Assembly (NCBI GenBank): GCA_002633005.1
Contig: NMRA01000840.1
Location: forward strand, 78,196 to 121,216
Source: Phoronis australis
Lineage: Eukaryota > Animalia > Phoronida
Direction: 5' to 3'
Length of the DNA: 43,021 nt
The notes beneath the pieces were generated by a model. It was not told where the DNA came from, did not search any database, and saw only the letters and a list, made by a program, of their open reading frames with translations. Both the position numbers and the translations under genes were made by a program. Every line of letters starts with the position of its first letter. The first letter of the stretch is position 1. Of this stretch, positions 27,901 through 36,900 are shown one piece after another.

Positions 27901-30900
27901 CAGCGAATTTTTAAAGGTGAAGGCAACCTTTTTTGTGTCTTTTTAAGCAAAAATAAGGTTTGTTGTTTATCCCAGACATATTTTCCACTTAGTTTCAGCT
28001 TTTCGTAGTTTAATTGATCACGCGTTCTCCAGTCCGGAAATGACGTTTTGGGCGGCAAGAATTTCGTGCCATTTTTTCATATAAGCTGACTGTGAGAGCT
28101 GCCGAGCCAGTCATTGTTCTATATCGGTTGTGATAAGTTCGGTCGTCATTTGCTTTTGTTTACGAGTCAGTCAACATGCCACAGTGTTGCTGCGTACCGG
28201 GATGTTCTCATCATCACCATAATAATTCTCATATGGTTTTAATTCTATGTTGAAATCCGCTGGGTAAAGGCAAGGCATTACTGTTCAAGAAAGCACTCAT
28301 GCGACCTTTCAAATAAAGAAGTGAATATCGTCTGGAGCGTGACTATTTATCAGTTCGGCTTGTACGATGGTGGAACGAGGCTACATCAGCTTTTAACTCT
28401 ACTAACATAGTGTAGAACTGCAACAGCTTGAGTAAGAGATTCAAATCTGCGTCAGACCTGACGTGCTTTCAGTAACACTAGGACCCATCTAAAAACTAGT
28501 AAATGTCATGTGCTCTCTTTAAAACTACACGGCAATGCCTCACGTAATCTCGCGAAGTCTTGCTTTTCAGAGAGGTCCTAGCGTTACTGAACGGGAGGCT
28601 GATCTCACGTACACAACGTTGTCGTACGTAATGCTGTGTGTTAAGGTGAAAGCCGCCTAACAGAATCGCTAACACGGTTTATGACACAGTCACATGCTAT
28701 TTCGGAATGGAAGACATGAATGAGCATCTTCTGTCAGCCAGATGGTATCAGATTATAATTTTTGGTCCGGATGATACGTAGGCCTACAACGCGAGGCAAA
28801 AGCGTGTGTGGAGTGCGCCTGCAAACACGCGTGCATATATTGAATGCGAATATATCCATGTGTAATTATGGAGTAACATTTTGTCCCTCACCGTAGTCAT
28901 GCACCCGATCTTCTCGTTTCTTCATTTTCACCATGATGTGATAGTCCACCACATCCACGTCATCCACAATTTCTTTCAAACTTCGCTTGTGACGAATCTG
29001 CTCATCGGAGGCTGGCTGAACTAGGTATTCATCACCTCCATAAAACATCGTTCCCTCCTGTAACGATATTTCACCAGTCTTACGGCTGTAAAGATTTCAG
29101 TATCTCCGTCACAACTGTCCAAACCAGATATTCTTATACATGTACATGTATGAAAAAGACGCGGTGATCATTTCTCTTGTGTAAGATTTTTTACAAGTTC
29201 ATCATATTATCAATAAGTATCTGGCTACTTACCACACTTCTAATCACTTGTCCTTTGTTATCAACGGATTTCCTGATGGACATGGCTGCTCCATTTTGAA
29301 CATCTTGATAAAACTTGACGTCCTGCTATAAAAACAAGTGCAATACGTCTTTAAGAATCATCATAGAAAGCTTCAGTCAGTCTGATGATATAGCACATTT
29401 TAGATTAATCGGTAACATTTAGAGTTGGATTCGGGTTAAACTGAAATTTATATAAATTACATACATGTATGCATGCTACTTTTTTATGATTCAAAAGAAT
29501 CCCTAAACCTTATCCACAATACAAAAAATGATTACCCCAAAATCCGGAATGTCCATTCTCTTTCTTTTGTCAACTCCATCTGCCGACGTAAATACTGGCA
29601 CATGCGAACCGACGTTTACAGTGCGAGTTAACTTAAGATTTACGTCGTGCGTGGTCGACAAAACGTTGGTGAAGATTTGGCCTTCCGTCAGGGGACCATC
29701 GTCTTTAGCAAATCCTATGAGCTCATAGCCTGAAAACAGAATCGAAGTTGCCATAATCATTCGTTGAATCAAGTACTTTCATGAAGTGGGTTGACTTGGC
29801 CTCTCTTCCGACATAAGAATTGGTTTCACTCGAATCGGAATTATGACTTGATCATACTCGGATGTCCTGTGTATAAAGGTAGAAATATGCTATCGTCACG
29901 ACATAGGTCTTTGCAAGACCATAAACTGTCACAACTACATAAACTGATATACAGTTTTTATTGTAAAACTGTGGCCTGCTATTGCGTCGGAAGCATGTCC
30001 ATATAGGTTCAGCAAATGACCAACAAAGTCGGCAGTGTGGAGGGTACGGGAGGGGTATTCCTTCCAGTAAAGAGGTCTGGGAGGATTCCCCGTAAGATTT
30101 TGAGAATTTTAGTCTCAATTTGGTGACCTTTAGAGGTTTCGAAATACCTTTTTGACATTCTTTATTAAACACGTGACCTAAATTGACACTTATCATTTCT
30201 TTGATGTTGCAACGATCAAAATTGCGATTTAACAAATTTTTTTAATGTTTAGAGTGAATGTTTGACTAATTGGTTTACAACATCTAAACAAAAGCAAGTT
30301 GATCAACAAAAATCAACTTCCTTTATTCCCGATTACAAGAAGCCACTTGAGATGTGAGTGAGTATTTGTTCAAACCGGTCATTATTTAAAGTCGGTGAGT
30401 TTATATCCACACACATTATGTAAGGTGTGTCTAAGCTCTTAATTTAACTGATACTAAAATTTGCACCATTGAATAGTGTGTCTATATTTTTCAGAATTCA
30501 AGAGTGGGAATTCTTCCGTGTCTCACATTCGATTTGCATGAGTCAGGGCAATTCACTTAGAGGTTTATTAAGAGAATAGCAAATTTGTGTTTTCTGATTT
30601 CACTGTTCTCAAACGATCATACTCCTTTGACCGTAACTGTTTACGAAGCTAACTAGGCTGCGAACGTTGATGGGTTTCTGAAAAAAATTCCATGGAAATA
30701 TTTTGACGAATAATAAAACAAATCAGGACATGCTCTTTTAATCGAAAAAGTATTTTTCCTGAAAGAATAATGTTATACATGTAGGAGCAGCTATTGCAAT
30801 ATGAGCCCATAGACACTTGGTTGACGTAACGTTAGATCCACGCCAGTCGAACAATACTTGGAAGTCTACAACGCTAATGGAACAATTGTTTTGATTGTAA

Positions 30901-33900
30901 ATGAAGTGTCAAACATTAATTGAGCTAATTCAGCCAATTGCTACAAAAGAGAATTAGAAATAATACTAAAACGTATATATGCAATTTTTTGTCTATGAAT
31001 TCCATTCATTTTAGTGTTACGAGTGTCCATTTTAAAAATTCCAATTTTCAACTGTCAACAGTAGAAAAAGAAATTAATTTTTATTAAGTGAGAAATTGGT
31101 TTGATATGACTAGTAAAAACTTAAGTCACTTTCAGAATCACTTAAAGGAAGTTCTGCTTAATCATTGAGAAATGGTAGGGTTCATCCTAAAACAGGAACT
31201 CGTTACGAAATTTGTAAATTCTGTGTTTCTAACCCTCATCTACTGTAAAGAAGGTGAAAACGTAAAGTTCATAATCTGTAATAAAAAGAACTGCACAATG
31301 TGTTAGCCTAGACAACACAGCAAACTATTCAAAATCTAAACAAAACCAAAAGTTTGGATATTGACTGGATTCTGCTATGTTGAAAAAGGGCCAAAAAGGT
31401 TAACGAAATGTAGTGTACGTACCCCCTAATAAAATTCAATAACGCAAATGGTAATTTCAAATAAAATTATTGCATTTTAAGTAACGCCATGGTGCTTATT
31501 ATCATCAAAGAAAAATAAGTGACCATCCATCATTATGATGCAGGAAAAGTGGCGTAGTGTACGTACACCTTTTGTAGTGTGCGTACACCCACGTTACAAA
31601 TACCATGAAATTAAAATATTACTTGGTAAGTGAGCTACATTGGTCACAGACATTTCCCTTCCTTACAAATGATATGTTAAAATGGTGTTCATTACAAAAA
31701 CATTTGTTTTGAGTGAAGTATTGGCATTTATGTATGTTGTACGTACCCCTATATTTTAATGTGTGCCTATTTTTAAAGAATGGCAGATATGCACATGAGT
31801 CCTGCGTTTTTATTTTTTCTCTTTGAATGGATTTAGTAAATAAACTAACTCTCAAAAGATTCTTATTGTTTAGTTACAAACCTGACATGTCATTGCCATG
31901 TGATGTACGTAACCTTGTGTAGTGTACAGACCTTCAACCTCTGTGCTATAGAATATTGCCCACAAGTATTTTCACATACTGCAGTTCTCATGAACAATAC
32001 TGATATTTCCAAAATGCACCCGGTCTGATAAAAAAGCAATGGACATTTTCAAATGTGTGTGCAATAGAATGCCACACAGGACTTGGCCAGTAACATCCTA
32101 GAAGACAAGTTATGTGGCAACTGATGTTTCAGGGGCAGGATCTCTATATCTCAAGACAATAGTGGCAGCACAAAACTCGAGACCACACCATACATTTGAT
32201 GTTGATTGACTGTTCGCAATTACATAGTGTAGGTACTCGCCCAGCCAGAACCATTTTTGCTGTTAACAAGTTGAACAATGGACCTAGCATTGCTTTAACT
32301 ATTTTGACCAACTGGTGAATGTATTAAAACTGGGTAAATAGCACCAATATTTTTTGGAAAAAAGTATTTTCTTGTTTTCTTGTTGTAAGCATCATACTGT
32401 AAGAGAAAATGTTCTTATACTGTGATGATATATGCAATTTCGTTATTGTACTTCGGGCCAGAGGTCTTTAATACAAGTAAACGTATTGCATATGGAATGC
32501 TTGATCACCTAGATTAACTTGAGCAGCACGATAATAATTTGTCTTATTTTGGTATGTGATACTTCTTCCATTTGATCAATAAGATATTAAATTAACAGCT
32601 ACATGTATCTTATGACTTTTTGCATGGCAGAAGTAGACTGTGACCATAAGTTGAAGTGTACGTACGCTTTTATAGAGCTTTGACGCATCAGGCAAATAAA
32701 ATTTTATTCGCCGGTTCTTGTTCAAAAGTATTTTAGGTTACAAACCTGGAATGATGGTAGTTTAAAATAACCCAGCTTTTACAGTTATATGACAACTTTC
32801 ATTTTTCATCAAAAGTCGACATCAAATATGGACCTTGATTGTGATTTGCCCGTAAAGCACTTTGTTTGGATTTCGTGCGCATGCGAAATTGCCCGCATGT
32901 CTTACGAATACCACAAAATGAGTATGTACTCGCATTTGAAGTAGGGATATTGATGAATCATCAACCAGGATACATTCATCAAAGCAGCGCACAGGTATCT
33001 TTACCGCAAAAACGTCAGGGTACTAAAGCACTGTGTTTTTAGATTTCATACGCATTTGAAATTGCCCGCATGTCTTACGATTACAGAAATAGAGATTACT
33101 ACACGAGCCTCAGGTTTACGACATGGGTAAAACCTCTTAGAAATTTCGTCAAAATCCCAGGCTTGCCGTGCAAGCTACCAAAGTACAGTAGAAGATAACA
33201 AAGAATTTTCTGCTGTTCTGTTTCTTGGTCGATCACTTGAAGGTGTTCACACGGCACTACTATTTTGGGAGCTCTATCGCAGTACTGTGTAGCTTAGATA
33301 GGTATGCGCATTTGTTTCTGGACTCCTTGTTACCCTATGGTGTAGCCACCACACGCGCTCAAGCCTCTGAATAACAAGACCTCCCTTAATCGTATGCACG
33401 ACCCTGTCATCTACGCAATTACACAACTCTGGTGAAGTTGGCGGGGTATGGGCCCGAAAATAGGCCTTTTGCGAGTTTATAACAATAACGCGAGATTATG
33501 TGAGACTTAACTGTGACGTCACGGGAAGTGGGGCAAAAGCTTGTCGTTTGGTCATTTGCCCAATACGGTAGCAGAGTGTATTCTGTTATTGTCTTCGAGT
33601 TTTTAGCCGTTTAGTTCGAAAAATGTCCAAAAGCATTGCTGTTATGGCAAATGAACTTCAGATTCGCACTACAATACGTTCTATCGCGTTCTGTACTAAT
33701 TTCGTCCCGTGTAGTTTAAACGGGCGGTAGGCGAAATCCGCTCACTGGTACAGTTTTCACCTCGTCGAAAATACATTCTACACCTAAAATTAGCACCTAA
33801 AAGGCTCTTACTTTCTTCAGTGACTCTTTCTGCTTCTAAGTATATCTTCGATGAAGCATATATACGGGAATTCAGGTGACTTAGGCGAAGAATTCCAACT

Positions 33901-36900
33901 CCACTTTGTGGTTACTGTTAACTTTGTCCGCGCGCGCGATTACCACAATCAAGTAGTTCAACTGAGTCAGGTGAGTATGAGGCAAAGGCTAGCGCGAGAC
34001 TGAGCGAAGCGCGAGATCTGGCGCGTGACCTGGCGCGTGACACTTGCAAAATAGCATGAGAAAATATCAAGTGAAATTTGTAAGATTTGTGTCCCTTGGA
34101 CTTTTTGTTCGTCAACAGGCGTGATTTCACGTAACTTCTTCAAAATGGCGGCTCTTTAGTGAGAGAAACTCGAGAGAACCGCGAGGTTTTCATGAATATG
34201 CTCAAGTTATTTGTAGACTAAATTGTGTCCAGAGTCAGGGTATGTGTTAATTATAACTTCATGTGCACATATGCATGTTTCATTTGATTTTATTTGCTGT
34301 ATTTTGAAGTGAATATCTTTTTATGGGGATACACTATCGCCCCTGTATGCCTGCGCCATTCAGGCCTAGAGCGGGTTAAGTTCCAATTTCAGTCCGTTCA
34401 CAGCTTCGCACAAGATAACAAGGTCACATTTTCTTCGTCTAATCACAGTTATTCTACGACCCATCTACCATATCTTACGTTGTTTTAACGTTTTAAGCGT
34501 AAAATTCACCATAAGAACTCCAGTAACTTTTAGCGTGTGTAGCAAAGACTCGGGGCAAAACAAGAGCAATATGGCGGGTTTTGCCCCCTTTCCGGTGACG
34601 TCACAGTGACTAGCGAGAAACTCGCAAGTGAGCTATTACGTGAAGCGCTTTGAATCAGACGCAAATTCATGATCATTTCTAGCATAGGTATAACTGTAGC
34701 TACATGCAGTAATGCCATGAGCTGTAACAATTTTGTTATTGTTGTCCACTTATATCCTATCTATCGGATAGGCTTGGTTGGACCTTTCCTGTGGGGGTGG
34801 TTCGTTGGAAAACACCTAACCCCCTGGCTACGTGCTTGAATATCTTCCATTGCCTACTACGAAAATAGAGATTCAAATTAGAGGCACGTGATTGTAGCCG
34901 GTGTCTAGACCAATCACTAGCCCCAAACAGGAATATCAGACGAAGTTGCGTGCGTCCAAGATGGCACCGAAGAACAAAAAATAGAATACAAAATTTCACT
35001 AAAATATAAATATGGATTATTACATGGCAAAGTCGTCATTCCCGGTAATCTACAGCCAGAGTGGATTTTGGAGAATTATTGCCCGAGGGGCTCACCGATT
35101 GACTGACCAGCAGTCGGGATACAGCCGTGCCGTTATCAGTTTGGCATGGCAAACCCATGTTTACGTGGTCCAGCTCTCTTATTGTCTGCTTTCATCTGAT
35201 GCTCACGTAATCCAGTAATTATGTTGTAAACAATGGGCCTAACGCTAATCGATACTTTTAAGAAATACTTTGCCAACAACTTTCAACAAATGTCGTGAAG
35301 CAGGATATGTCTTGTATGAAATACATGTACTTTCACAAAAAAAAATTCAAATTGATAAAAATGGTTGACTTTCAGAGAAATTAGACTTAAATTTCACCTG
35401 TTTATTCCTTGGAGTGATTTTAAGCTTTGACCAGCTTAACCACAGTATTGTGTATCAACGCAAATTTCTTGATTTTTACACTCCAGGAGAATGGTACATG
35501 TACCTTAAACTTAATGATGAAATCATTCCTAGAAAACAGTCGCACAGACATCGGGGTATACTGTTAGATGAAAAACTTTCATTCACCCCTCACGTTCGGG
35601 AGCTCGTACAAAAAAAAAACTCAGGAACTAATTAAATCACTTAAGCTTGTCTCTCGTCATCTGAATTCTACACATTTAAAAGTTTTGTTCAAATCCTTTA
35701 TACTTCCACACATTGATTATTGGGATATTATATATCAGTCTGCCATTACGGGTGCACTCCAACATTTGGAGAAGTTACAATATCAAGCCGCCTTACTCAT
35801 AACCGGAGCTTACAGGAGATCCAATAGTGTTAAGGTTTTGAATAGTCTCAAGTGGCCCAAACTGTCTACTCGATGTAATCTTCACATAACCACATTTATT
35901 TTCAAGGTAATAAACAATGTCAACAACGTGTCTGTCAAAAACATATTTGATCTATATACATGTACTAGACAAGGACATCGTAGTGATTTGAGATCCTCCA
36001 CCCCATATGCAATTCCTCCGTCGTTCAGTCAGGCATTCAGAAGTTCTACAGTCATGATGTGCATCAACAACTGGAATTCTCTTCCAGTCTCTGTTATGGA
36101 AAGCAACTCTTTTACGAGTATAAAAATAATTTTAGAACTGTTTTTCATGATTTTGATAACTCAACACCTTTGACTCAATTCTCCCTTACCCGCGATAACG
36201 AAATAGCATTGTACAGATCAAGATGTGGCCTTTTCCTCAACTCTGACAAGTTCAGGCATAACTTTAGTAATGTCTCTCCAAACTGCAGATGTGGTGACCA
36301 TCAATCTTATCCTCATATTTCCTTCAAATGTCCCCTCATCGAATACCTGAGAGACTCACTCTTTCGTGCACTCAATGAAAACCAATCAATTGTTAACGCT
36401 CTCAATTCTTGTAATAATATCCCTACTAGAGTTACATTATTATTGAATGGTAGTCCTAACCTTGACTTCGTTCTCAACGAATTCCTCCTAAGCAACGTTA
36501 GTAAATTTTTATGTACCGTTTATCTATATTGTTGCATCTGATTTCCATACAAGAATCTGTACATATTTTTCTTTTATATATCTGCAATAGCATATCTAAG
36601 TATTGGAATATTTATATTAGATACTACTTAATTATACATACCTCTATGCATATTAGTTTCATTTATGAATTGTTTATAAATCCAAATATAATGGTTCGCG
36701 GTTTCTGGGTTTGTTATTATTTCTTTGTATGTTCTGTGTATTCTTCAATAAATATATATCACTAAAAAATGGTACATGTACTGTACGTACATATTGTCTA
36801 CAAAATCCACGAGAGCTTTAGATAAGGGGGATGACGACTGACAACATGTAATAATCTATTTATACCACATAGTGAACGATAAGCATCGCGATGAATCAAT

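Noticed and set aside
33918-34379. Possible piggyBac-like TTAA-flanked insert
   Set aside because: The right end GGG-TTAA has no matching inverted left terminus.
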